From the NCBI GenBank assembly GCA_031459625.1, contig JAVKIH010000010.1:21347-85346 (forward strand): a stretch of DNA of 64,000 nt, in the 5' to 3' direction. The notes beneath the pieces were generated by a model, which worked only from the letters and a program-made list of their open reading frames with translations, searched no databases and had not been told where the DNA came from. Shown here in pieces: positions 9,732-19,398 of the stretch. This stretch comes from Candidatus Geohabitans tengchongensis (GTDB lineage: Bacteria > Sysuimicrobiota > Sysuimicrobiia > Sysuimicrobiales > Humicultoraceae). The first letter of the stretch is position 1; each line of letters starts with the position of its first letter. The translations under genes and the position numbers were made by a program.

Positions 9732-10448
9732 ATGGTGTTGGCCCCGCGACTGGCCAAACTGGACGTGTACGAACGGCTTCGTCAGATGATCGTCGAAGAG
9801 GAGCTGAAGCCGGGGCAGCGACTGGCGGAGGAGTGGTTGGCCAGCCGGCTGGGAGCTAGCCGAACGCCGATCCGCGAGGCCCTTCAGCGGCTGGAGGGGG
9901 ACGGGCTGGTCCTGCTCCGGCCTCGCCGCGGCGCGATTGTCCGCCCGTTCACCCTGGCGGAACTGATCCGCCTCTTTGAACTGCGGGTGCGGCTAGAAGA
10001 GTACGCTGCCCGCCTGAGCGCGCTGAACATCACGGCGGCGGAGCTCACTGTCCTTCAGGCGAGCATTGAAGAACACGACCGCGTGCTGACTACCCTCCCG
10101 GCGTCAGGGGCCGGACGCACGGCGGGCGTCCGGAGGCTCGTCACGATCAACCAGGAGTTCCACCGCGCCATCCACGAGGCAAGCCGAAACGAACATGTGC
10201 TCGTGATGCTCAACCGTTTACAATACTTCCCGCTGGTCTACAGGACAATCTTCCTCCAGGACGATCTGGAGCGGAGAATCTCATTACAACATCATGAGCA
10301 GCTCGTTTATGCGCTTCATCACCGCGACGCGGAGTTGGCCGAGTCGGTGATGCGAGCGCACGTCCTCCACGGGCGTCTCTCCCTTGTGCGCCACGTCCGC
10401 TCTCCAGACGGCGCAAGCACCTCGGCACCCGACAAGGGAAGACCATGA
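9732..10448 (+). CDS. GntR family regulator (FCD domain)
   Basis: LKPGQRL, SRTPIREALQRL, NQEFH, HEQLV; ATG 9732 after GGGAG. Confidence 0.92.
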   Translation: MVLAPRLAKLDVYERLRQMIVEEELKPGQRLAEEWLASRLGASRTPIREALQRLEGDGLVLLRPRRGAIVRPFTLAELIRLFELRVRLEEYAARLSALNITAAELTVLQASIEEHDRVLTTLPASGAGRTAGVRRLVTINQEFHRAIHEASRNEHVLVMLNRLQYFPLVYRTIFLQDDLERRISLQHHEQLVYALHHRDAELAESVMRAHVLHGRLSLVRHVRSPDGASTSAPDKGRP

Positions 10449-10678
10449 TGGGTCTCGAGGGCCCCTAACGGGACGCCGCACCCGGGCAACCCGGGACACG
10501 AAGGGTCCTCCGTAGCTCCTGCCGCGGGGGACCGGGATGTGGGGCTGACGCTGCCACGCGGGGGAGACCTCATGCTGGAACGCATCACGAGGGCACCCCG
10601 GCTCAACCTCGTAGCCGGCGCAAGTCAATCGGGGACTTATGACAGCCGACTCCCGTGAACCTGCTACAGTAGTAGCCG

Positions 10679-12469
10679 ATGCACCGTCTCCTCCGCACCA
10701 CGGCGTGGGCAGTGGGGCTCACGCTGCTCCTCATCGTCCTGGGCGGGATCGTGCGCGTGACCGGGGCCGGACTGGCCTGTCCCGACTGGCCGCTCTGCCA
10801 CGGCCGCCTCGTCCCGCCGCTCGAGGACCTCGTCCTCGTCGAGTACGGGCATCGCCTGCTCGCCTCGGTGGTCGGCCTGCTGACCGTGTTCCTCGTCGTG
10901 CAGGCGCGCCGCGCCCGCCCCGGCCCGGCGGTAGGCCGCGCCGCTGCGGCGGCGCTCCTCCTCCTGGTCGTCCAGGTGCTGCTCGGCGGGCTCACGGTGC
11001 ACGTGCGCCTGGTGCCGGCGGTGGTGGCTGCCCACCTCGGGACGGCGATGCTCTTCCTGGCGGCCCTGCTCGTCCTGGGCGCGAGCGCCTATCGCGCTCT
11101 GCGGCCGTTGGACCAGGGAGCGCCGCCGGGGCTGGGCACGCTGGCCGCCGTGACCACCGGGCTGGCCTTCGGCCAGATCCTGCTCGGCGGCTACCTCAGC
11201 ACGAGCGGCGCGGCGCTGGCCTGTCCCGACTTCCCCCTCTGCCGCGGGTCGCTCCTCCCTCCCGGCGGCGGGCCGGTCCTCGTCCACTGGGTCCACCGGC
11301 TGGGAGCCGCGCTCCTGGCGCTGGCCGCGGCCCTGCTGGCCGCCCGCGCCCGAGGGGCCGCGCGGCCGCTGCGCCGCCTGGCCGCGCTGGTCATGCTGCT
11401 CGTGATCGTGCAGATCGCGCTGGGAGCCCTCAACGTCCTCACGCGCGTGGCCCCCCCGGTGACGGTGCTCCACCTGCTCACGGCGGCCCTGCTCTTCGGG
11501 ACCTTGGCCCTCCTCACGACAGCGGCGTTCGGCACCACGGTCGAGCCGGTGGCCCGTCCAGGCCGCCTCACCTCCCCGGGCGAGCCCGCCCCGGCGGGCG
11601 TGGCGGCGTGGCGCCGGGTCGCCACCGACTATGTGGCGCTCACCAAGCCCCGCATCGTCCTCCTGCTGCTGGCCACCACCGTCGCCGCGATGGTCGTGGC
11701 CGCCGGCGGCTGGCTCTCCCCCGCGCTGCTGGTCTACACGCTGCTCGGGGGCACGCTGGCGGCCGGGGCGGCGAACGCCATCAACTGCTACTGGGACCGG
11801 GACATCGACGCGGTGATGGCGCGCACCCGCCGCCGCCCCGTCCCGGCGGGGCGCGTGGCGCCGCGGCGGGCGCTGGCCTTCGGGGCCGTCCTGGCCGTGC
11901 TGGCGGTGGCCGTGCTCGGCGGGCTGGTGAACTGGCTGAGCGCGGCCCTCGCGCTGGCCGGTCTGCTCTTCTACGTCCTCGTCTACACGATGTGGCTGAA
12001 GCGCACCACGCCGCAGAACATCGTCATCGGCGGTGCGGCCGGGGCGGTGCCGCCGCTCGTGGGCTGGGCGGCGGTGACCGGGCGGGTGGAGGTCCCGGCC
12101 CTGCTCCTCTTCCTCATCGTCTTCCTGTGGACCCCGCCGCACTTCTGGGCGCTGGCCCTGCAGCGGCGGCAGGAGTACGCGGCCGCCGGGGTGCCGATGC
12201 TGCCGGTGGTCGCCGGCGAGGCGGCCACCCGCCGGCAGATCTTCGCCTACACGGTGGCCCTTGTGGCCTCGACGCTCCTCCTCGTGCCCTTCGGAGGCGC
12301 GGGCGGGCTCTACCTGGCCGCGGCGGTGCTGCTCGGCGCCGGCTTCCTCCGCCTGGCCCTGGCCGTCCTGCGCGAGGGGAGCGCGCGGGCCGCCGGAGGG
12401 CTGTTCGGCTACTCCATCGTCTACCTGGTCCTGCTGCTCGCCGCGCTCATGGTGGACCGGCTGGTGTGA
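10679..12469 (+). CDS. ctaB: Fused heme A synthase (CtaA) - heme O synthase (CtaB/CyoE)
   Basis: N-half CPDWPLC/EYGHR and CPDFPLC/HWVHR; C-half LTKPRIV, DRDIDAVMARTRRRP, WTPPHFWAL. Confidence 0.92.
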   Translation: MHRLLRTTAWAVGLTLLLIVLGGIVRVTGAGLACPDWPLCHGRLVPPLEDLVLVEYGHRLLASVVGLLTVFLVVQARRARPGPAVGRAAAAALLLLVVQVLLGGLTVHVRLVPAVVAAHLGTAMLFLAALLVLGASAYRALRPLDQGAPPGLGTLAAVTTGLAFGQILLGGYLSTSGAALACPDFPLCRGSLLPPGGGPVLVHWVHRLGAALLALAAALLAARARGAARPLRRLAALVMLLVIVQIALGALNVLTRVAPPVTVLHLLTAALLFGTLALLTTAAFGTTVEPVARPGRLTSPGEPAPAGVAAWRRVATDYVALTKPRIVLLLLATTVAAMVVAAGGWLSPALLVYTLLGGTLAAGAANAINCYWDRDIDAVMARTRRRPVPAGRVAPRRALAFGAVLAVLAVAVLGGLVNWLSAALALAGLLFYVLVYTMWLKRTTPQNIVIGGAAGAVPPLVGWAAVTGRVEVPALLLFLIVFLWTPPHFWALALQRRQEYAAAGVPMLPVVAGEAATRRQIFAYTVALVASTLLLVPFGGAGGLYLAAAVLLGAGFLRLALAVLREGSARAAGGLFGYSIVYLVLLLAALMVDRLV

Positions 12470-13758
12470 GCGAGGCGGCGCGCGACCGACCCCCGGGCCC
12501 CGGCCCCGTCCCGCCCGATCCGGCGGCTGGCGGCCCCGCGGGGGGCGATCCCGCGCCGGAGGGCACCACCCAGCCTCTGGCCGGCGTCCGTGTGCTGGAG
12601 CTGGCCTCGTTCATCGCCGGGCCGTTCTGCGCCATGCTGCTGGCCGACTTCGGCGCGGAGGTGGTCAAGGCCGAGCCGCCCGGCGAGGGGGACCCGATGC
12701 GCCAGTGGGGCGTCCACCTGGACGAGGGGCGCTCGCTGTGGTGGCCGGTCATCGGCCGGAACAAGAAGTCGGTCACCCTGGACCTGCGCGTGCCCCGCGG
12801 TCAGGCGCTGGCGCGGGCGCTGGCCCAGTGCGTGGACATCCTGGTGGAGAACTTCCGCCCGGGGACGCTGGAGCGGTGGGGACTGGCGCCGGAGGTCCTG
12901 CACGCCCTCCACCCGGGGCTGGTGATCGTGCGCATCTCCGGCTTCGGCCAGACCGGGCCCTACCGCCACCGCGCGGGGTTCGGCAGCGTGGCCGAGGCGA
13001 TGGGCGGGCTGCGCTACCTCACCGGGGACCCCGACCGCCCGCCGGTGCGGGTGGGGCTCAGCATCGGCGACACGCTGGCCGGCCTCTTCGCCGCCTACGG
13101 GGCGGTGGTGGCGCTGCGCGAACGCGAGGCGCGCGGCCGCGGGCGCGTGGTGGAGCTCGGGATCACCGACGCGGTGGTGGCGGTGCTCGAGTCGGTCCTC
13201 ACCGAGTACAGCCGCCTCGGCGTCGTCCGCGAGCGCACCGGCAACATCCTCCCCGGTATTGCGCCGAGCAACCTCTACCCCACGGCGGACGGGAGCTGGG
13301 TGGTGATCGGCGCCAACGCGGATTCGGTCTTCGCCCGCCTGTGCCGGGCGATGGGGCGGCCGGAGCTGGCCCAGGACCCGCGCTACGCCACCCACACCGC
13401 CCGCGGCCAGCGCCAGCAGGAGCTGGACGAGCTGGTGGCCGCCTGGACGCGCACCCTGCCGCGGGCGGCGCTGCTGGCCTCGCTGGAGGAGCACGGGGTG
13501 CCCGCCGGGCCGGTCTACACCGCTGCCGACGTGGCCCACGACCCGCACTACCGCGCCCGGGGCACCGTGCGCGAGGTGCAGGACCCCGCCTTCGGCCGGC
13601 TGCTCATGCAGGGCCCCGTGCCCTTCTTCGACGGCGGGGGCGGGGCCATCCGCTGGACCGGACCGCCGCTGGGGGCGCACAACGAGGAGATCTACGGCGG
13701 CTGGCTGGGGCTCAGCGGGGAGGAGCTGCGCGCGCTGCGCGACGAAGGGGTGATCTGA
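12466..13758 (+). CDS. Family III CoA-transferase (CaiB/BaiF)
   Basis: PLAGVRVLEL, RNKKSVTLDL, ENFRPGTLE, GFGQTGP; GTG overlaps upstream stop. Confidence 0.93.
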   Translation: MSEAARDRPPGPGPVPPDPAAGGPAGGDPAPEGTTQPLAGVRVLELASFIAGPFCAMLLADFGAEVVKAEPPGEGDPMRQWGVHLDEGRSLWWPVIGRNKKSVTLDLRVPRGQALARALAQCVDILVENFRPGTLERWGLAPEVLHALHPGLVIVRISGFGQTGPYRHRAGFGSVAEAMGGLRYLTGDPDRPPVRVGLSIGDTLAGLFAAYGAVVALREREARGRGRVVELGITDAVVAVLESVLTEYSRLGVVRERTGNILPGIAPSNLYPTADGSWVVIGANADSVFARLCRAMGRPELAQDPRYATHTARGQRQQELDELVAAWTRTLPRAALLASLEEHGVPAGPVYTAADVAHDPHYRARGTVREVQDPAFGRLLMQGPVPFFDGGGGAIRWTGPPLGAHNEEIYGGWLGLSGEELRALRDEGVI

Positions 13759-14630
13759 TGCCCCACCTCCCCGCCGACGCCGCCACCACCGCCCCGGCCC
13801 TGCCCCGGGCTGCCACGGCCGCGGCGGCGGCCGTGGCGTTCCTCGACGTGCGCAAGACCTTCCCCATCCCCGGCGGCGGGCGGTACACGGCGCTGGAGGG
13901 GGTGACCCTCGCCGTCGCGCCGGGAGAGTTCGTGGCCATCGTCGGCCCCACCGGCGGGGGGAAGTCCACGCTGCTCAACCTGGCCGCCGGCCTGCTCGCC
14001 CCGGACGCCGGGGAGGTGCGGGTCTTCGACGTCCCGCTGCGCGGGCTCAACCGCTCCGCCACCTACCTCTTCCAGCAGGACGTCCTGTTGCCGTGGAAGA
14101 CCGCCGAGGAGAACGTCATGCTCGGCCTGCTCTTCCGCCGCCGCCCCGCCGCGCAGTGCCGGGGGCTGGCCCGGGAGTGGCTGGCGCGCGTGGGCCTGCG
14201 CGGCTTCGAGAACCGCTACCCCCACCAGCTCTCCGGGGGTATGCGCAAGCGCGTGGCCTTGGCCCAGACCCTCATCGTCGACCCCGAGATCCTCCTGATG
14301 GACGAGCCCTTCGGCTCGCTGGACGTGCAGACGCGGCAGATCATGGAGAACGACCTGCTGCGCCTCTGGGCGGAGTGCCGCAAGACGGTGCTCTTCGTCA
14401 CCCACGACCTGGAAGAGGCCATCGCCCTCAGCGACCGGGTGGTGGTGCTGAGCAGCGGGCCGGCCGCCCGGGTGATCGGGTCCTACCCGGTGCCGCTGCC
14501 GCGGCCGCGGGACGTGGCGGCGATCCGGCTGGAGGAGGCCTTCGTGGAGATCTACCGCACCATCTGGCACCAGCTCCACGCCGAGGTGCGGCGGGCCTAC
14601 GCGCGGCAGGCCGGGGAGGGGACGGGGTGA
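13758..14630 (+). CDS. ABC ATPase (SsuB/TauB type)
   Basis: GPTGGGKST, LSGGMRKR, LLMDEPF. Confidence 0.92.
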   Translation: MPHLPADAATTAPALPRAATAAAAAVAFLDVRKTFPIPGGGRYTALEGVTLAVAPGEFVAIVGPTGGGKSTLLNLAAGLLAPDAGEVRVFDVPLRGLNRSATYLFQQDVLLPWKTAEENVMLGLLFRRRPAAQCRGLAREWLARVGLRGFENRYPHQLSGGMRKRVALAQTLIVDPEILLMDEPFGSLDVQTRQIMENDLLRLWAECRKTVLFVTHDLEEAIALSDRVVVLSSGPAARVIGSYPVPLPRPRDVAAIRLEEAFVEIYRTIWHQLHAEVRRAYARQAGEGTG

Positions 14631-14670
14631 CGGTCCCGGCGCCGTCCGCCGGCGTGCGGGAGCACCGACG

Positions 14671-15444
14671 GTGAGCCCGCCCGTCCAGCGCGTCTGGCAG
14701 GCCGGGGTGCTGCTGGCGGGGCTCGTGGGGTGGGAGGCGCTCTCCCGGGCCGGGGTGCTCGACCCCTTCTTCTTCAGCCGGCCCTCCAGCGTGGCGGCGC
14801 GCATCGTCCAGTGGTTCGCCAGCGGGACCATCTACCGCCACATCGCCGTGACGACCCAGGAGACGGTCCTGGCCTTCCTCGCGGGCAGCGTGCTCGGGGT
14901 GGCGGTGGGCTTCCTCTTCGCCCGCCTGCCGGCGGTCTCGCAGGTCTTCGACCCCTACGTGAAGGTGGCCAACGCCATGCCGCGCATCGTGCTGGCGCCC
15001 ATCTTCACCCTCTGGTTCGGCCTGGGCATCCTCTCCAAGGTGGCCTTCGGCGTCACGCTGGTCTTCTTCATCGTCTTCTTCAACACGTACCAGGGCGTGC
15101 TGGAGGTCGACCGCAACGTCCTCAACAACGCCCGCATGCTGGGGGCCAGCGAGCGCGACCTCTTCCGCCACGTCCTCCTCCCCTCCGCGCTCACCTGGAT
15201 CCTGGCCAGCCTGCACACCAGCGTGGGGCTGGCCCTGGTGGGCGCGGTGGTGGGGGAGTACCTGGGCTCGGCGCGCGGGCTGGGCTACCTGATCGCCCAG
15301 GCGGAGGGGCTACTGGACACGACGGGGGTCTTTGCGGGGATCGTCGTCCTCTCCGCCTTCGTCCTGCTCATCGACGGCGTGGTGACGCTCATCGAGCGGC
15401 GGCTGCTGGTGTGGAAGCCGCAGCGGGCGGTGGAGGGGCGGTAG
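14671..15444 (+). CDS. ABC permease (SsuC/TauC type)
   Basis: Hydrophobic, ARMLGAS, GAVVGEY, GLGYLI. Confidence 0.92.
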   Translation: MSPPVQRVWQAGVLLAGLVGWEALSRAGVLDPFFFSRPSSVAARIVQWFASGTIYRHIAVTTQETVLAFLAGSVLGVAVGFLFARLPAVSQVFDPYVKVANAMPRIVLAPIFTLWFGLGILSKVAFGVTLVFFIVFFNTYQGVLEVDRNVLNNARMLGASERDLFRHVLLPSALTWILASLHTSVGLALVGAVVGEYLGSARGLGYLIAQAEGLLDTTGVFAGIVVLSAFVLLIDGVVTLIERRLLVWKPQRAVEGR

Positions 15445-15509
15445 CCTTATGCTGATTAGGATGCGAGCGGTGGGTTTGGCGTGAGCAGATCGACCGCCAG
15501 AGGGAGGCG

Positions 15510-16556
15510 ATGACGATGGTGCGACGGGTGCTGATGGCAGTGGTCCTGGCGGCCATGCTGACCGCCCCGGCCCTCTCCCAGGGGGCGGTGGCGCCGGAGA
15601 AGCCCCGCGTGGTCCTGGCCGTCGGCGGGGCGGAGGCCCTCGTCTACCTGCCCGTGAACGTGGCCTGGCGTCTCGACTACTTCCGCCAGGCCGGGCTCCA
15701 GGTGGACCTGCAGAACTTCGCCGGCGGCGGGCAGGCGCTGCGGGCGCTGGTGGGCGGCAGCGCCGACATGGTCAGCGGCTTCTACGACCACACCATCCAG
15801 ATGCAGGCGCAGGGGCGCAAGATCAAGGCCGTGGTCATGCAGCAGCGCTATCCCGGGCTCGTGCTGGCCGTGGCCAGGCACGCCGCCGACGGCGGAGTGC
15901 GCACCCTGGCCGACCTGCGCGGCAAGGAGATCGGCGTCACCGCCCCCGGTTCCTCCACCCACTTCTTCGTCAACTACCTGATGACCAAGGTGGGGATCGG
16001 CCTGGACGAGTTCAGCGTCCTCGGCATCGGCGCCGGGGCCACCGCCGTGGCCGCGGTGCGGGCGCGGCAGGTGGACGCCCTCAGCAACGTCGACCCCACC
16101 ATCACCACGCTCCAGGCCGCGGGCGACCTGGGGCCCATCCTGGCCGACACCCGCACCACCACCGGGACGCTGCGCGTCTTCGGCGGGCCGTACCCAGCGG
16201 CGTGCCTCTACACCAGCGAGGAGTTCATCCAGCGCTACCCCAACACGGTCCAGGCGATGGTCACGGCCATGGTCCGGGCGCTGCAGTGGATCCGCAGCCG
16301 CAAGGTGGAGGAGATCGTGGCCCTCATGCCGCCCGAGTACTACCAGGGCAACCGCGACCTCTACACGCGCGCGGTGCGCAACATGCTGGAGTCCTACTCG
16401 CTGGACGGGCGGATCTCGCCGGCCGGCCCGCCCAGCGTCATGGCGGTGCTGGGCGCCTTCGACCCCAACGTCCGCCGGGCCACCATCAGCCTGGCCGAGA
16501 CCTACGACATGCGCTTCGTGGAGGCGGCCCTGCGGCAGCTGCGCGGCAGCCGGTAG
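15510..16556 (+). CDS. ABC substrate-binding protein (NMT1/SsuA/TauA-like)
   Basis: Signal peptide, GFYDHTI, DLRGKEIGVTAPGSST. Confidence 0.88.
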   Translation: MTMVRRVLMAVVLAAMLTAPALSQGAVAPEKPRVVLAVGGAEALVYLPVNVAWRLDYFRQAGLQVDLQNFAGGGQALRALVGGSADMVSGFYDHTIQMQAQGRKIKAVVMQQRYPGLVLAVARHAADGGVRTLADLRGKEIGVTAPGSSTHFFVNYLMTKVGIGLDEFSVLGIGAGATAVAAVRARQVDALSNVDPTITTLQAAGDLGPILADTRTTTGTLRVFGGPYPAACLYTSEEFIQRYPNTVQAMVTAMVRALQWIRSRKVEEIVALMPPEYYQGNRDLYTRAVRNMLESYSLDGRISPAGPPSVMAVLGAFDPNVRRATISLAETYDMRFVEAALRQLRGSR

Positions 16557-16590
16557 GCGCCGCCGCCGAGCGGGCGGCGCGGAGGAGGGT

Positions 16591-17487
16591 GTGGCCGACG
16601 TCACCATCGTCGACGTCGCCCCGCGGGACGGGCTGCAGAACGAGCCGCGCCCCCTGGGGGTGGCGGAGCGCGTCGAGCTGATCCGGCAGCTGGCCGCCGC
16701 CGGGGTGCCGCGCGTCGAGGTGGGCGCCTTCGTCAGCCCGCAGCGGGTGCCCCAGATGGCCGGCACCGAGGCGGTCTGTGCCGCGCTACCGCCCGGGCCG
16801 GCCTACACCGCGCTTGTCCCCAACCTGCGCGGCTACGAGCGGGCCCGTCCCACCGGGCTGCGCCACCTGCGCCTGGTGGTGGCCGCCAGCGAGACCTTCA
16901 ACCGGCGCAACACCCGCACCACCATTGATGCCGCGCTCGACGACTTCGCCCGCATCGCCGAACGGGCGCGGGCCGACGGGATCGCGCTGGGCGGGGCGGT
17001 GGCCACCGCCTTCGGCTGCCCCTATGAAGGGCCGGTGCCGCCAGCGGCGGTGCGCCGGGTGGTGGCGGCCCTGGTGCGGCTCGGGGTGGACGAGGTGGTG
17101 CTGGCGGACACCATCGGCGTGGCCGTCCCGACCCAGGTGGCGGGCCTGCTCCGGGAGGTCGGGCGCGACCTCCCGCCGGGTGTCCCGTTGGGCATCCACC
17201 TGCACAACACGCGCAACACCGGGTTCGCCAACGCCTACGCCGCCCTCACCGAGGGCGTGCGCCTCTTCGACGCCGCCCTCGGCGGCATCGGCGGCTGCCC
17301 CTTCGCCCCGCGTGCCACCGGCAACATCGCCACCGAGGACCTGGTGTACATGTTCGAGCGCATGGGGGTCCGCACCGGGATCGACCTGGCGGCGCTGCTG
17401 CGGGCGGTGGCCTGGCTGGAGGAGGCGCTGGGGCATCCCGTCCCGGGGCTCGTGGCCAAGGCCGGCCCGGCGGCCGTTCCGGCCTGA
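16591..17487 (+). CDS. HMG-CoA lyase family protein (possibly (R)-citramalyl-CoA lyase)
   Basis: PRDGLQNE, ADTIG, HLHNTR, GGCPFAP, GNIATED. Confidence 0.9.
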   Translation: MADVTIVDVAPRDGLQNEPRPLGVAERVELIRQLAAAGVPRVEVGAFVSPQRVPQMAGTEAVCAALPPGPAYTALVPNLRGYERARPTGLRHLRLVVAASETFNRRNTRTTIDAALDDFARIAERARADGIALGGAVATAFGCPYEGPVPPAAVRRVVAALVRLGVDEVVLADTIGVAVPTQVAGLLREVGRDLPPGVPLGIHLHNTRNTGFANAYAALTEGVRLFDAALGGIGGCPFAPRATGNIATEDLVYMFERMGVRTGIDLAALLRAVAWLEEALGHPVPGLVAKAGPAAVPA

Positions 17488-17491
17488 CGCC

Positions 17492-18772
17492 GTGGGCCAG
17501 ACCATCGCCGAGCAGATCCTGGCCGCACACGCCGGCCGCGACGTCGTGCGCCCGGGAGAGTTCGTCACCGTGCGGGTCGACCTGGTGATGACCAACGACC
17601 TGATGGGCCCGCCGGTCTTCGCCCAGCTCCGCCGCCTGGGGGTCAGCCGCGTCTTCGACCCCGCGCGCGTGGCCGTCGTCCCCGACCACGTCGTGCCCGC
17701 CCGCGACCTGGCCGCCGCGGCGCTCATGCAGGAGGTGCGCCGCTTCGTCCGGGAGCAGGGGATCCCGCACTTCTGGGAGGTCGGCGAGACCGGCATCGAG
17801 CACACCCTGCTGCCGGAGCAGGGCCTGGTGGCGCCGGGGGACCTGATCGTCGGCAGCGACTCCCACACCTGCACCTACGGGGCCTTCAGCGCCTACGGGT
17901 ACGGGCTGGGGGCCACCGACGTCGCCGCCGTGCTGGCCACGGGGGAGACCTGGGTGCGCGTCCCGGAGACGATCCGCGTCGTCCTGCGCGGGCCCACGGC
18001 GCCCTGCGTCACCGGCAAGGACGTGATCCTGGAGGTGATCCGCCGCCTCGGCGTGGCCGGCGGGACGCTGAAGTGCCTGGAGTTCGCGGGGGACGTGGGG
18101 GCGCTCAACGTGGACGAGCGCATGGCCGTCGCCAACATGGCGGTGGAGGCCGGCGCCGAGTGCGGCCTCTTCCCCACCGACGAGATCCTCATGGCCTGGC
18201 TGGCGCCGCGCCTGGCGCGTCCCTACCGCCCGATGCGCAGCGACCCCGACGCCGAGGTGGAGCGCGAGGAGACGCTCGACCTGGCCGCGCTCGAGCCGCT
18301 GGTGGCTGCGCCGTTCTCCCCCGGCAACGTCCACCCGGTGAGCGCGCTGGCGCGCCGCGGCATCCGCGTCGACCAGGTCTACCTGGGCAACTGCGCCAAC
18401 GGCACGCTCACTGACCTGCGCCAGGCGGCGGCGGTCCTGCGCGGCCGGCGCGTGGCCCGCGGCGTGCGCATGATCGTCGTGCCGGCCACCCCGACGATCC
18501 AGCGCCAGGCCGTGCGCGAGGGACTCGTGGAGACCTTTCTGGCGGCGGGCGCGGTGGTCGCCACCCCGACCTGCGGGGCGTGTGCAGGCCTCCACCTCGG
18601 TGTGCTGGGCGAGGGCGAGGTGTGCGTCTCCACCACCAACCGCAACTTCCGCGGCCGCATGGGGCACCGCACCGCCGAGGTCTACCTGGCCAACGCCTAC
18701 GTGGCCGCGGCCAGCGCGGTGGCCGGCGGGCTGGCCGACCCGCGTGCGGTGGGGGTGGGGGTGGCCGGGTGA
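17492..18772 (+). CDS. LeuC/HacA/DmdA-like hydratase large subunit
   Basis: PDH, GSDSHTCTYG, GNCANG, CGACAG, STTNRNFRGRMG; GTG 17492. Confidence 0.92.
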   Translation: MGQTIAEQILAAHAGRDVVRPGEFVTVRVDLVMTNDLMGPPVFAQLRRLGVSRVFDPARVAVVPDHVVPARDLAAAALMQEVRRFVREQGIPHFWEVGETGIEHTLLPEQGLVAPGDLIVGSDSHTCTYGAFSAYGYGLGATDVAAVLATGETWVRVPETIRVVLRGPTAPCVTGKDVILEVIRRLGVAGGTLKCLEFAGDVGALNVDERMAVANMAVEAGAECGLFPTDEILMAWLAPRLARPYRPMRSDPDAEVEREETLDLAALEPLVAAPFSPGNVHPVSALARRGIRVDQVYLGNCANGTLTDLRQAAAVLRGRRVARGVRMIVVPATPTIQRQAVREGLVETFLAAGAVVATPTCGACAGLHLGVLGEGEVCVSTTNRNFRGRMGHRTAEVYLANAYVAAASAVAGGLADPRAVGVGVAG

Positions 18773-19284
18773 TCCTGCGCGGGCGCGCCCACCGCTACGG
18801 GGACCACATCGACACCGACGTGATCATCCCCGCCCGCTACTGCCACACCATCGATCCGGCGGTGCTGGGCCGCCACTGCCTGGAGGACCTCGACCCGGCG
18901 TTCGTGCACAAGGTGCGCCCCGGCGACCTCGTGGTGGCGGGGGAGAACTTCGGCTGCGGCTCCTCGCGGGAGCACGCCCCGGTGGCGCTGCGCGGTGCGG
19001 GTGTGGCCGCGGTCATCGCCCGCTCCTTTGCCCGCATCTTCTTCCGCAACGCCATCAACCTGGGGCTGCCCATCCTGGTGGCCCCCGACGCCGTCGAGGC
19101 CATCCGGGACGGGGACGAGGTGGAGGTGGACCTGGCCCGCGGGACGATCCGGGTGGGCGAGCGGACCTTCCAGGCGCAGCCCTTCCCCGAGGCGCTGCAG
19201 GCGATCATCCGCGACGGCGGGCTCATCCCGCACCTGCAGCGGCGCCTGGGGCTGGACGCGATCGCGACGCCGGACCGAGACTAG
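18769..19284 (+). CDS. LeuD/HacB/DmdB-like hydratase small subunit
   Basis: DTDVIIPARY, NFGCGSSREHA, FARIFFRN. Confidence 0.93.
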   Translation: MILRGRAHRYGDHIDTDVIIPARYCHTIDPAVLGRHCLEDLDPAFVHKVRPGDLVVAGENFGCGSSREHAPVALRGAGVAAVIARSFARIFFRNAINLGLPILVAPDAVEAIRDGDEVEVDLARGTIRVGERTFQAQPFPEALQAIIRDGGLIPHLQRRLGLDAIATPDRD

Positions 19285-19302
19285 GCCGGTCTGGCCGCCA
19301 CG

Positions 19303-19369
19303 CCGGCCCGCGGGGAGTCCCCCACACCGGCCCGCGGGGAACCCCCCCAACCCCGGCCCCCGGGCGTCC
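19303..19369. repeat. Three degenerate direct copies of CCGGCCCGCGGGGA-C-rich unit (period 24-26)
   Basis: Copies start at 19303, 19327, 19353. Confidence 0.5.
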
Positions 19370-19398
19370 TGCGCCGCCCTGCTACACTGTTGCGGGCC

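Noticed and set aside
10449..10660. tRNA, att site or riboswitch at the island edge (also 4000-4218)
   Set aside because: No cloverleaf, shared direct repeat or riboswitch consensus recognised by eye.
10639..13758. 1039-aa ORF as a single protein
   Set aside because: First 609 codons are an off-frame read of ctaAB; real CDS starts at 12466.
17492..19284. Naming these leuC/leuD
   Set aside because: Catabolic context and no leuA/leuB; substrate unresolved.
19303..19369. CRISPR-like CCCGCGGGGAAC repeat
   Set aside because: Only three degenerate, nearly contiguous copies; best read as a local duplication.
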